Counted from the whole stretch's first letter, positions 25,693 through 37,718 are shown. The stretch is 63,677 nt of DNA, filler included, from Craspedostauros australis (GCA_030167865.1; 6 parts of 6 records of this genome joined end to end with filler, not necessarily neighbours in it); one strand, 5' to 3'. Program-made: numbers and translations. Notes: generated by a model not told the origin, from the sequence alone.

Positions 25693-27089
25693 TTAAGACC
25701 TTGCCAACACCCACTCCTTCACATGATTGCAAACAACGCCGGTGACCTCCGAAATGTCCTGGAAGAGCTGGTGATGGCCACCCTTGACTTCTTTGAAGGT
25801 CTTGTCCTCGGATTGTGCCAGCTGCTGCACGCGTCGCACGGCATCTGTGTCGACACGGACTTCCTTCTCTCCCATGAACACTGCGATTGGTGCCTTGATG
25901 TCTCCCAGCGAGTCGTTCACGTAACCGAAACTCGTCAAGACTGACGCGATCATCCCAAGCCGCGGTGGGATTGTTGCTGCTTCCTGGATGATGGGATCCG
26001 CGCGCCCGGCCCTCGCCCAGCGTTTGTCACCGAAGGCGAGATCGAATGTACTGAAGAAGTCAGTTCCTGGCATCTCTAGCATCGGGAAGAATCGTGCAAC
26101 GAACTTCAACAAGGCCACCACCGGCTTGGGCGGGAGCATCTCGGCTGTAATGTGATGCATGAGGATGGAATCAAATATACGTGTGTGTGTGTGTAATGGA
26201 GTGGTCGCAAATGAACAGCGGAGGTACAGGAGCAATCAATGTGGGAATGTGTCGAACTCAATTCCGATGTTCAAGGCATCGCAGCATGTCGACATTGCTT
26301 GCCGTCAAACGCAATCCACGCTCACGTTCATGTACGCTCCTACATCAACGCCCGCAGTTACGAGGCTCCGGCATGACAACAACTGTTCCAGATGACCGAC
26401 CGCCGACCGACTGAACAGTCGCGCAACAGCAGCACTAGCAGCAGAAGGAACTACAGCAAAATCCAAAACAGCCACTTACGCAAGAGTTGGATGACCGGAC
26501 CCGTCAGGATGTACCCATCTGCCAATGATCCACTTTCGCCTTTCATCTGTTCGACAAGCATTTGCTTCAGCACAATATGACCACCAAAGCTTTCCCCCAT
26601 CGCGAAGATCTTCCTGCCTTCGAATTTGCTTCTCATGTCGTTCAAAATCTTGGTGAAATCGTTGGTGATGGTGTCGATCGAATCAAAGTACGCTCTCATC
26701 CCATTGGTGCTATCGCTGTATCCGCATCCAGCCTGGTCATACGAAATGAATGCAATTCCAGCCTGCATCATGGCCTGCCCGAGGATATCGGAATACCCGG
26801 AATGGAATCCTGCGCCACCATGATGAAAGAGGATGACGCTTTGGATGCCATCGTCAGGGACCCAACGCCACATCGCCAAACGGATCCCTGTGGCGGAGGT
26901 TGTGAACTCGTCGGGCTTCCCAAGAGGAGCGACTGTGTCCTCGCAGGAGCCCTCCTCGCTAGAAGTTCCTTGGCCCCCCTTTGCAGAACAGGATTACGCA
27001 GAAGCAAAGCTATCTGCTCCCTGCCAGAAGAATCCCACGATGAGCAGGAGAAGCGGCAGGGTGAATGTCGAATGGTGAATCGCTCTCAT
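25693..27089 (-). CDS. Alpha/beta-hydrolase, monoacylglycerol lipase/lysophospholipase (Hydrolase_4) family; in-frame TAA at codon 32
   Basis: Exon 1 is 27089-26480, intron 26479-26145 (GTAAGT...TTACAG), exon 2 is 26144-25693. Motifs VILFHHGGAGFHSG, YDQAGCGYSD, nucleophile elbow GESFGG, GGHHQLF. The signal-peptide-like N-terminus is in frame but interrupted by TAA at 26996-26994. Confidence 0.85.
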
Positions 27090-27838
27090 GTTGTGATGAT
27101 GGTCGGAGTTGTGGCTGCTGCTATTGGGCGAATTGTGAGAACTTCCGACCACGTTACGTTGCATCGTGTTGCGTCCTGTCGATCCGCGTCATGGTGCAAA
27201 TGCGAGTACTTGCATGTGCATGGTTCTGTCATGGCTGCGTTGTCTCCGTTGCGTCAAGGCGTGGGTTGGTGCCTTGTGGTGGAAGTCACCAAAGACGCGG
27301 TTCTTCTCCGCGAATGATTCTGGAAGTTCGCGTTGACGCCAAACATCTCTTCTGGCGTATCTTTTCGGATCACGGGCGTGTTTGAACAATTCGATCGTGT
27401 TCTTGGAATGCGTGGCGACTTGCGACGCCTCACAAATCAAACAGTGCTCTTGACATCCTGGTTCTGCAATACGAGTCGTCGTCTGTACCATTACTATTCT
27501 ACTCTGTTCACAGCTGACCTTGGGAGATGAGACTGGCACAAACCATCTCCGTAGTGGATTGATCTGTGCAGCGGTCACCACCACAACCAAAGAGAATCAA
27601 CAACGTGACACCAGCGGTGTCAAAAATCGCTGCAATCGTCATCAAAATCAGCAGACGTTGTGGTGCGACCGGCGATTCTACATCTACATCTACATTTCTG
27701 GCGTGAAGGATTGCTACATTCACCCACTCATCCATGCCGATCAACACCGCGCTACATTGTTCCTTCTGTCAGATGTCCGCCACGTGCATCAATTGCGATG
27801 GTGTGCCGTTGCAATGGCGCTCTCATCTGATCATTCAT

Positions 27839-27938
27839 NNNNNNNNNNNNNNNNNNNNNNNNNNNNNNNNNNNNNNNNNNNNTTAATTAATTAANNNNNN
27901 NNNNNNNNNNNNNNNNNNNNNNNNNNNNNNNNNNNNNN
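27839..27938. other. Artificial contig linker
   Basis: 44 N + TTAATTAATTAA (27883-27894) + 44 N. Confidence 0.97.
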
Positions 27939-29173
27939 TCCTTGACACGGTACTTGTAGTCTGCGTGTGGGAACTGGCCTCCAGCAAGGATCGCACCTCC
28001 AGCGCGCGACAGTCGCCTGTGTGCTGTACGAGACATGGTTCGACATCCTGGCATGACCTTCGCCTTGTCCTCTTTCGACAAGCCACCGTAGTGCATGGCC
28101 AGGATTCGGGTGCAGCGTCCAGAGTTGCAGGTCATTGCCAAAACCGCACGAGCAGTCAGTGACAGGTCTCGATTCCCCCAGAAGGCTAAATGACAGAGAG
28201 TCTGCTCCAGCAACACAGGAGGGAGTTGTTTGCGATGTCGCACGAAGGTCATGGCTTCCCAAAGTTGAGGTGATGGTTTCGCGCCAGGGAAGACTGCATG
28301 TTCGGATGTTCCGCTACACAGCTCTTTCCAGATTCGTTTGATGAGACTCCAGTGGCGCTTGGCTCCCCTTGGTGGGATGCCTCCAAATCCACGCACAGGG
28401 AATTTCGAAATTGCTCGAATGCCAATGCCTGCTGATCTGAAGATAGATATAAGTAGTCCTTTTCTGTTTACAGCATCCTCTGTTTCTGGAACATACTCGA
28501 CATCGGTGTCATCGGCACTGCTCGTACTTGCAGAATCTGACTCTCGTTCGTTCGTGGACACAGCGACATCTCGTTGCGCAAGCACATCATCTCCTGCCTG
28601 CTGATGTGGCGCCCTGCATCTGGTTGCTGATGATTTGCGCTTGGGACGTGTGGGCGCAGCAGCATCACCACAAGTCCCAATGGAGAACGAATTGGCCTGT
28701 GGTACAAAGGCATTCACACCTGCATGACGTGCACCTCCGCTGATGGATGACGCACAGTTTGGGCAAAATGGTGGCCTACTGCAGTGACTGCAGAACAGGG
28801 TCAGACATTGCTTGCAAGGCATGATACCAAAACGGTTGGGCCCCATGTAGTTGGAAATGGGAGTTGCCATGCTGGTGTTGGAATGGAATGTAGAGTAGGG
28901 TAGACTACCTGCGCCTGTACCGATGTAGCTGGGGATGCAAAAGGAAGGAGGTTGTATGTTGGGAGGGGCATGATGATTCGCAACCATGGGGAGAGGAGGA
29001 CTGTGAACGCTGCCATGGTGGTTCGGTCCGACAGGTGCAGAGTATTGGTATGATGCGTAGTGCCCATGAGGTGGTTGGGGATAGATGGATGTGCCAGCAG
29101 TTGCTGTTCGACGTTGAACCTTTGATTGGGATGGATTGGGATCGATGCTCGAATCCTCGCGTGGACGGGTCAT
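27939..29173 (-). CDS. Hypothetical protein, 5' part only, with Cys cluster; possibly transposon-encoded
   Basis: ATG at 29173, open to the contig end (>410 codons). P/H/Y-rich N-terminus, CKQCLTLFCSHCSRPPFCPNC, an acidic tract, then a basic globular region. Confidence 0.55.
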
Positions 29174-29812
29174 GATGCGATAGCGATGGTGGTTGACGAA
29201 CGATGCAGGTGGGGGGAAGGCACTGGTGATTCTGAATGATCTCGATGTTGGAGAGCACTGAGCGTTGCGCTGACATTGCAGACAGGAGAACGCAGCAGAC
29301 AGCGACAACAACGCTCAACAAGCCAAAACAGCACACGCCTATTTGTTCACAACAGCATGAGCGCTGTGTTTGTGCGGAGATCGGCGGCAACAGCTCAACG
29401 GTCGCCCATTTGTGCATACGTGGTTGTGATTGGAGAATGTATGTGGAACCATCTGCGATTTTTATTCTGGCGAAAGAGTGAGTGTGACGCGGCGCGGCGC
29501 CAACACAACGAGAGAGCAAGTGCAAGTGCAAGAGAGAGAGAGAGCAACGAGTGCTACATCAATCCGTCTGTCCATTCATTCTCTATTGAATTTCATAATA
29601 CTTTTATTCTCATCGATTGTAGCCTCAATTTCTCATCATTTGCCTTGGCATCGTGAGAGACGATCGAGTGTGTATCATGATTACGTCCCTGGTGGCCGAA
29701 CGCAAAACGGTAGAATACAATCGATCTTTTCTTCGTTGGCTGCCATTTGGAGTTGTGTTGGCTGTCGGCGCCGATCGTCTCAGATGCGACGATTGAAGTA
29801 TCCGCAGTGAAT

Positions 29813-29912
29813 NNNNNNNNNNNNNNNNNNNNNNNNNNNNNNNNNNNNNNNNNNNNTTAATTAATTAANNNNNNNNNNNNNNNNNNNNNNNNNNNNNNNN
29901 NNNNNNNNNNNN
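29813..29912. other. Artificial contig linker
   Basis: 44 N + TTAATTAATTAA (29857-29868) + 44 N. Confidence 0.97.
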
Positions 29913-30191
29913 CCAGGTGCCATGAACACAGGATCGCAACTGCTGCAGTCCCTGCCGCGCCGTGTCAGTCTCCTCTCCACCACGGATCTGAGACGACCAT
30001 CGGATACGCTCACACGGCACCGCCATTCATTGCAGTCGTTGGATTCGATGGATCGACGCTTCTCGGTTGGCCTTCCGAACGCTGTGCCGTCCGCGTTGAG
30101 CCTGTCCACTGCGGCAGCCGATGCGGCGATCGCCCGTGCTCTCCTGGCTCGTCAGCATCCAGAACTGGCCCGCAGCGGCGCGTTTTTGTAG
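29913..30191 (+). CDS. Possible 3' end of a gene truncated by contig start
   Basis: Frame open from the contig start to TAG at 30191 with coding-like composition (RRVSL, RRPS, RRFS, AAADAAIARALL). No recognisable domain. Confidence 0.4.
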   Translation, partial: PGAMNTGSQLLQSLPRRVSLLSTTDLRRPSDTLTRHRHSLQSLDSMDRRFSVGLPNAVPSALSLSTAAADAAIARALLARQHPELARSGAFL

Positions 30192-31101
30192 GATATCCGA
30201 AGGTGGACAGCAAGCGCCGATGGTATGACTGGAATGGAACCACATACCATCAGCCCGGCTCCGCCACATCTCTTTGAAACCACATCATTTTGTAACACAC
30301 CATTAACAGTAACACTATTCTTTTGAACATCAGCGTCACGCTTCAATCTACAAGCCGAGATTGAGCCAACACGAGTCTCGGATGGTTGGGGCCGAGTTCG
30401 GCGACTTCGCCAAAGTGTCACGGAAGAGATCGAACTCAATCCGTCAGCGGCTGAATTGAGTCTCGTGTAGTGTTCCATCCACTAATCCATGGTGTCGCGA
30501 AGAAACGGACAATGATGTGGATGACAGACAGACGTGGACATCGTTGATTCCATCCGTTCGGAATCGAGAAAGAGAACAACGTTATTTGGACGTTATGACG
30601 GTGTCAACATGAATGTCAGTCGTGCATATCCTTCATGACAGCTCCCATCAAAGAAAATGCACCCACGACTTCCGTCACGGCAACCAGGAGACACCAAGAG
30701 TGAAGTGCAGAATTGTGAGCTTCAAATCCGCCCCTGCTGATCATCCCCCATCACTCGTCCGCTCCTTCGCCTCGTCGCCGCAACAGGCGTCGTCATCGCC
30801 GGTGTCAATCTGCTATCAGTCACTTTGATTCAGGTGCCATCAACTTGTTCGTCCACCCTTCTCTTGTGGGGACTGTCTTTTTCGATGATCTGTTGACACG
30901 GGGACATTTGTTCTCACAAAAATCGCGGAACACAAGAACGAATCTGCAATCGCAACACACATTCCCACAGCAACGTCAACATCAACACCAACTTCAACGC
31001 CGACAACAGCATCACATCACAATTTCCCCATTGAAACGAAACAAAGGAAGGCAGACTCCGCAAACCAGTTCTTGAAACAGCCGCCGCCGCCGCCGTCCAT
31101 C

Positions 31102-32857
31102 ATGCCACCAAATACACAAGGATTCGTCACTCACCATGATCGTGATGACAACGGTGTTGTGTTCCCACCTCATTCTGATGATCAACGGATCAGGTGTGCC
31201 ATTCTGGGATGCGGCATGGTAAGCAGGAAAGGTCACGCGTGTGTATTTGGCAGACGCGTCCACTGCTGGAGCGCTGGGTTCACGGGTTTGCCTTTTGTGG
31301 TTGTGGCTGTGGCTGTGACGCGTTCACATACTCACACGTATCACAATTGTTGCATGCTCTGAATCTTCGCGATCGATCTATGTGTCAACCATCCCTTCAC
31401 CGCGCGCGCGTTTCAGATGGGACAAGAACACATCTCGTACGTCATGGGGTATTCGAAGGATGTGAGAATCAACTTCCTCTGCGATCCGCACGAGCCATCG
31501 TTGTCGAAGGCACGTCAGATCATGGACAAATTTCACTCCACCTCAAGCAATGGCGCAAGGTTCCTGGAGCCGCACAACCCCATGGCATTTAACAGCCAAG
31601 ATGAGTTGCTGCAGCATGCAGCGGACATCGATCTGCTCGTCATTGCATCTCCCAACTATCTCCACACGCCCACCTTGATGCAATGGGGCAAGCACGATCT
31701 CACCATCCTGGTGGAGAAGCCAGTGGCTGTGTCTCAAGAGCAAATCGATGACCTGCGTCAGCTTTCCGCGGATCCCGCCTTCGCCGCGAGGATCTGGGTG
31801 GCGATGGAGTACAGATTCATCCCTGCCATCGCCAAGCTCGTGTCGCTCATCCCTGCCGTCGGCGAGATCAAGATGGTGACCATCCGCGAAAACCGATACC
31901 CATTCCTGCACAAGATTGGGAAATGGAATCGCGACAGCAAGAAGACCGGCGACACTCTGGTGGAGAAGTGCTGCCACTTCTTCGACCTGTTCCGTCTCAT
32001 CACCGGCGAGGAGGCAAACCTGTCGAAGGTCCGAGCGTTGGCCCAACGTGGTTTGAACTACGGACAAGAAAAGGACCAGTTCGATGAACCCATCATCGAT
32101 TCTGCGTTCGTCACGATGCCGTTCCAGGATCCGAAGTCTATGGGTGCCAGCAAGCAGCAGACCTCCTCCTTATCTCCAGATTCCGCTTCCTCCGCTTCTT
32201 CTGTCTCCTCTTCGTCGTCGTCGTCGTCGTCTTCGCCGGAGACCAATTGGAGAAAGATTATCGGGTGTTTGGAGCTCTGCATGTTTGCTGAAGGCAGCAG
32301 GCACCAGGAGGAAGTCATTGTCACCGGAACCAAGGTACGCGGGATGCGTTGGATAGTTCCGTGTGATTGATGTTGCTCTTGATGCTTCTCTGACTCAATG
32401 AGTGTCCACAAGCATGCTGACTGACTCACTCACTTGCTCAATTACCATACATCATCCCAACCATCTGCATTGCTTCATTCCACGATATCGATTTTCAACA
32501 ATTCAGGGACGACTGGAGGCGTACCTGCCAGAGAACAAGGTGTACATGTACCAGAGACCATCGCACGAACTCTGGAAGCACCGCAACGTGCCTCCACCTG
32601 CCGCCTCCATCCAAGAGCAAGTGTTCGAATGCTCCGACGTGAAGGAAGTCCATGGCATCGACTGCGACATGCCAACGCACGGTGGATACCATTACAGCAG
32701 CACCGGCGTCGAGTGGCACTTCCTGTTGTCAGAAATCAAAAAGTACAACAAGGGTGGCAGCTTCCATCCGCAGGTGTCGCTTGACGATGGCATCCGGGCC
32801 GTCGAGATCGGGATCCAGGCCACCGCGTCCATCGTGAATGCCACGAACGAAGCGTGA
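31102..32857 (+). CDS. Gfo/Idh/MocA family NAD(P)-dependent oxidoreductase (inositol-dehydrogenase-like)
   Basis: Exons 31102-31218, 31417-32334, 32507-32857 with GT-AG introns. Splicing restores RCAILGCGM|MGQEH (Rossmann). Also IASPNYLH, LVEKPV, MEYRF and GDTLVEKCCHFFDL. Confidence 0.92.
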
Positions 32858-33503
32858 GCATGATGGGTGGTTGGGTTGGACAATTACAGTGCAAACACAA
32901 AACACAAAAAGAAGGAATACTCGTATACGAGTATAATATTATATATTACGATGCATTGCACCATACATGTTATGCAAACAGAGAATAGAGATTAATCATC
33001 AATTGGCACGAAAGTAAACCATAAAGAGGTAAATCATACTATGCGTGCCTACTCGTACACTACGCGATACCGACAACAGCGCAGTTTCGTCTCTTGTCGC
33101 CTTTGGTGGATTCTGGTCATCGACACCACTGTCATGAATCGACATTTGCGAACACCTGATTGGTTGGTTGTGGATGAGCGGGAAGGAAAAAGGTATCCAA
33201 AGACAGACGCGACCATGTGCCAATCATGCGTGACGACAGTTTGTTCTTCGTTTTTGCCGTCGCTGGTTGATGTGATGCGAACGATCAGATGAAGCAGCTT
33301 TCCAACACCACACGCGCACAGACAGAGAGAGAGAAACAGCCTCCATCACACTTGTTGATGCAGGCACAAACTGACAAGCAGCAACACCAATAAACCATAC
33401 ATAGTCGTAGAACAGCCACCGAGCAGACACACGGGCACGAGTCATCACCAGAAGGACCACAGCCGAGAGTAACTTGTGTTGGATTATATCGCCACTGTGA
33501 ACG

Positions 33504-35051
33504 ATGGATTCGCAAAGCCTGCAGGGCATGTCGTCCGGCAACCTCTCATACGCATCGTCTGCGGCTGGATCCATCTCTTCCATGTCATTGCTGCGACGCC
33601 AGGCACCCAAAACCAACAACTCCAAGGAGGTCCCGTTCGATCAGGTGCTCCTCGACGTGCACATTGTCGATGTCGTCGGCGGCTGCCTTCAGGAGCATCG
33701 CAGCATCTTGATTCGCCAAGGCAAGATCCACAAGATCTACCCCAGCGTCGAGAGGCTCAAGGCGGACATCCAGTACTTGCTGGGCACGAAACATTGCCGC
33801 ACCTGGGATTTGAAAGGCGAGGCCTACGTCATGCCCGGATTGATCGATTGCCACGTCCACGTCACGGCTTTCACGGCGAGCTTCGCGTTGCTGGAGCAGA
33901 CGTCCGAAAGCTACGTCACGGCAAGGGCCTTGCAAACGTGCCGCGAGATGTTGTACCGCGGCTTCACGACGATCCGCGATGCCGGCGGTGCCGATCATGG
34001 CTTGGCACGTGCGCTGTCGGAAGGCATCAGCCGGGGACCGCGGCTGCTGTTCTGCGGCAAGGCCCTGAGCCAAACGGGCGGACACGGCGACATGCGGTTG
34101 CCGGGTGAATTCGCGAAGACGCTATCGCAATGTTGCGGTCTGGGACGCATCTGCGACGGCGACACCGAAGTGCGACGCGCCGTGCGTGATGAAGTGCGCA
34201 AGGGGGCCACGCACATCAAGGTCATGGCGGGTGGCGGTGTCAGCTCACCGACGGATCGCATCACGTCGACGCAATTCTCCACGGCCGAGCTCAAGGCCAT
34301 CGTCGAAGAGGCCGCGGCTGCCAACATTCCCGTGATGGCGCATGCCTACACGCCGCGTTCCATCGTGCGCGCCGTCGCGGCCGGTGTCACAAGCATCGAG
34401 CATGGCAACTTGCTGGATGCTGCGTCGGCGCAAGCCATGGCAGAGGCTGGGACGTACCTCGTGCCGACCCTGCTGACGTACGATCTGCTCAAGCGCCAAG
34501 GACTGCAACAAGGCTTGTCGCAGGACATGGTCGACAAGGTCGATGACGTGCTGGAGGCTGGCATGCGATCGATCCAGATTGCCTACAAGTACGGCATCCG
34601 CATGGCGTTCGGCACCGATTGCTTGGCGGCCATGCGGGATTATCAGCTGCATGAATTCGCGCTGTTGGAAGAGGCAGGACTGCCCATGGATGAGATACTG
34701 CGCACGGCCACATGTCACGCAGCCGAGCTGGTCAACATGAAGGATGAGATCGGCGTCGTGGCGCAAGGCGCGCGTGCGGATCTGCTCGTGCTGAGTGAGA
34801 ATCCGCTGCTGGGATCGGCAGTGTTCGAAGATTGGGACGCGCACTGTTTGGCTGTGATGAAGGACGGAGTGATACAGTTTGAACCGCAAGGGGGTTTGGC
34901 CAAGCGCAGATCGAAGAGCAAGACGAGATCATCGCAGTTGCCACCAACCTCGCCCGTCAAGACCATCTCGGTGAACGCATCCGCGTCAACGACGCCTGAC
35001 AAGTCAAGGATCTCACCCACCAAACGGCGTTCTAGCAAGAAGGGGAAGTAA
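33504..35051 (+). CDS. Metal-dependent amidohydrolase, prolidase/Xaa-Pro dipeptidase-like subgroup
   Basis: Intronless 515-aa ORF: MPGLIDCHVH (HxH), RGFTTIRDAGG, SQTGGHGD, IKVMAGGGVSSP, MAHAY, SIEHG, FGTD, GARADLLVL. Confidence 0.93.
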   Translation: MDSQSLQGMSSGNLSYASSAAGSISSMSLLRRQAPKTNNSKEVPFDQVLLDVHIVDVVGGCLQEHRSILIRQGKIHKIYPSVERLKADIQYLLGTKHCRTWDLKGEAYVMPGLIDCHVHVTAFTASFALLEQTSESYVTARALQTCREMLYRGFTTIRDAGGADHGLARALSEGISRGPRLLFCGKALSQTGGHGDMRLPGEFAKTLSQCCGLGRICDGDTEVRRAVRDEVRKGATHIKVMAGGGVSSPTDRITSTQFSTAELKAIVEEAAAANIPVMAHAYTPRSIVRAVAAGVTSIEHGNLLDAASAQAMAEAGTYLVPTLLTYDLLKRQGLQQGLSQDMVDKVDDVLEAGMRSIQIAYKYGIRMAFGTDCLAAMRDYQLHEFALLEEAGLPMDEILRTATCHAAELVNMKDEIGVVAQGARADLLVLSENPLLGSAVFEDWDAHCLAVMKDGVIQFEPQGGLAKRRSKSKTRSSQLPPTSPVKTISVNASASTTPDKSRISPTKRRSSKKGK

Positions 35052-35075
35052 ACAAAACAAAATGTATCATACTCT

Positions 35076-35102
35076 AAGAGAGAGAGAGAGAGAGAGAGAG
35101 AG
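35076..35102. repeat. (AG)n microsatellite
   Basis: Dinucleotide run in the 78-bp gap between the convergent amidohydrolase and AKR stop codons. Confidence 0.9.
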
Positions 35103-35129
35103 CAATGTAATGCTCCGGACAGCTCTGTT

Positions 35130-36206
35130 TTATTCCAACTTCGATCCGGAATATCCACGCGAATACATGGGACAGATATGCGCGCACCGCTCGTTGGCTG
35201 TGTCGAAGGCTTCCACGACGCTCGCCGGCAACGGCCCTTGTTGCAACGCCGCCAAATTGGTCTGCAGATGATGCAACGAACTGGAGCCCACAATGATGCC
35301 ATCGTCTGCGATCAGCTTGGAATGATACCGCATCCACCGCAACGACGCGTCCGCCATCGCGATGTCGTTGCCGACGGCTTGCCGCACGAGTTCGATGGCC
35401 GCATATTGATCGGCCTGCTGAAATCGATCGCGGTAGATCTTGGCCCACCACGATGAGCCGGCGAATCGTTGGCCCACATCCTTGTTGTCGCATTGCGGCG
35501 TGTACTTGCCCGTCAGCATGCCGCCGGCCAAGGGATTGTAGGCGTAGAACACCATGTCGCAGCGGCGCAGAGCGGGAAACAGCTCCGTCTCGACCATGCG
35601 CGTGATGGCGTTGTACATGCCTTGGTAGACGGTGGGCAGGATGTAGGAACGTTGCTTCATGTAGGCGTGGATATGGACCGTCTCCCATGCCGTGAAATTG
35701 GACAATCCGAAGCGAAGGAACCTGCCTTCCTCGTACAGCGCTTGGACGGTCTCGAGGGTAGGTTCGATGGGGTTGTTGGCATCGGGCGCGTGCAGGTAGA
35801 AGAGATCGACCTGCTCCACCTGCAGGTCACGCAACGAGTCCTCGAGCTGCTGGCGCAGGTTGGGTGGCGACAGATCGTTGCCGGGCGCGATAGGATTGGC
35901 TTTGGCGGCAATGCGCGGGCTTCCAAGGACGGTGGATCGCTGGCAGATTTTGCCCATGACCTTCTGCGTGTTGCCTTTCTGATACATGATGGCGGTGTCC
36001 ATCATGGCGCCATCAGGAGCACCCGAAGATGCCGCTTCATCTCGGACGGTGTTGACGAAGGCCTCCATCATGGCTTCCGAATCTTTCTCGTTGGTCTGAC
36101 CACCAAAGGTCATGGTGCCCAGGATGAGATGTGGCAGACCATGGCTGTCGCTGCCGCTGCCGCTGCTGGCCTTGACATTGTCGGTTTCGGTCGGTGCCGT
36201 CGTCAT
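35130..36206 (-). CDS. Aldo/keto reductase, AKR7 (aflatoxin B1 aldehyde reductase)-like
   Basis: Intronless 358-aa ORF: LILGTMTFG, DTAIMY, AKANP, VDLFYLHAPD, FGLSNF, PTVYQGMYNAITR, YAYNPLAGGMLTGKY. Confidence 0.92.
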   Translation of the reverse strand: MTTAPTETDNVKASSGSGSDSHGLPHLILGTMTFGGQTNEKDSEAMMEAFVNTVRDEAASSGAPDGAMMDTAIMYQKGNTQKVMGKICQRSTVLGSPRIAAKANPIAPGNDLSPPNLRQQLEDSLRDLQVEQVDLFYLHAPDANNPIEPTLETVQALYEEGRFLRFGLSNFTAWETVHIHAYMKQRSYILPTVYQGMYNAITRMVETELFPALRRCDMVFYAYNPLAGGMLTGKYTPQCDNKDVGQRFAGSSWWAKIYRDRFQQADQYAAIELVRQAVGNDIAMADASLRWMRYHSKLIADDGIIVGSSSLHHLQTNLAALQQGPLPASVVEAFDTANERCAHICPMYSRGYSGSKLE

Positions 36207-37556
36207 CTTCGTTCACTTCGATTTGTTATGAGCAGAGTTGATCCGGAGACTGGCCTGATCTGATGCAGGATGGGAAAAGCGTGTTGTGACGATAGTTGCG
36301 GCTGTTCCAACGGTGTCGCCTTCATCACTCGCACGTACGCATGTTCGTGTCAATCCATCATTTGTTCTCATTTGGATCTTTGCGAAAGCGAAGGTCTGCG
36401 GTATTCCTGGAGAATCCAGGATGTTCCTCCCTTCTGCAGGATGTCGCGTGTTTGGAGGGTGCAGAATGACATTTCTCAGTTCCGCCATCCACGTTGCGGC
36501 GGCACATGGTTCACCGATGCCTCATCTGTGCCACGACATCCCATCTGTCTATCGTTTGATCCGATGTGTTTCATTTTCATAGTCCGAGTACGTGCAAGAG
36601 TACTATGACCCACTTGAGTGAACGAAGATGCAGTCGCGCCTAGTCGTGACTCAGATTTTCGTAAAATTTAAAATGACATATAAAAACAAAATCTAGACCA
36701 CCGTGCGATCTTATCCATATAAAAAATGGTCTTCATCCGACCTTTGCTTCAAGAGTTATACGCCCTTATCTACCACGCACAACGCCGTGTTATTTTTCCT
36801 CCTCAAATTTCGGAAATGGGTCTTGGTTGTTCGTGACTTAATATTTTCGATGGTGTCTTTTCGGTTAATTACGGTTATATTTTGGCGATATGCACCTCGT
36901 CAGCGTTTCTTCCTATCGCAACGTCACTATCTTGATCTATTCATGATGGACATTTCATTGCGCTATTCTCCGGTTTCCGCACTTGGGTGTCTCGCTTCTC
37001 CTGCAGCTTCTTGTGCATGCGAATTGCCTTGTTCGTCACAGGCTACGTGCTCCTCGTCGCCATCCCGTTTGTCAACAACCCTCCATTGGTATCATCCATG
37101 CTATCGACAAAAAATAATCAGAGCGATCTATCCAATTCAACTATCATCTGCGTTTTTCAACTTGTTCATGAAGATCTACATCCATCATTCCGTTTTTGAC
37201 GACGGCTACCACAGACAGCACACAAAGGTTCTGCTCCTATTTCATGACGGACATGGCGTTATCCGCCATGCATTCGATGACCACGATGATGCTGACAGCG
37301 ATGGTGGTGTTGATTGGGGCAGCATTGACATAGACAGCTGTGATGACACCCAGGATAGCGTTGTCAGTGGCTATGGTTGCCGCCATGGCAACGAAGGTGG
37401 TGGTGCTACCCACAGCGATGCCGTCGTCGAGGACGATGGTGGTAATGGCAACAAAGATGGTGATGGGGAAAGCAACCCGAATGATTCCATCAAGAAGGCA
37501 ATGTTGATGGCAATGAAGGTGATGTTGGTGAGAAAAACGACGGTGATGATGGCAGG

Positions 37557-37718
37557 TGACAGCTTTCTCCGTACTTTTTACCTCTTTACAAATCATATGA
37601 GTCAAAATACTGGTCGGAGATTGTCCTCGGACAACTCACAATAAAAGAACAAGAGCTCCGACCAGGGCACGCAACAACGGGCCAATACGTCTCCAGTAGT
37701 TACTTGTGCACTTTGACA
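37557..37718 (+). repeat. 5' LTR (162 bp)
   Basis: TGACAGCTTTC...CACTTTGACA; about 87% identical to 43233-43395 by manual alignment. Confidence 0.95.

Noticed and set aside
35130..35147. SKL near the AKR C-terminus as a peroxisomal PTS1
   Set aside because: The protein ends SKLE; PTS1 must be the terminal tripeptide.
36703..37644. 313-aa ORF as a host gene
   Set aside because: Begins with a non-ATG codon in the AT-rich subterminal region of the TIR element and runs into the Copia LTR; a chimeric frame.
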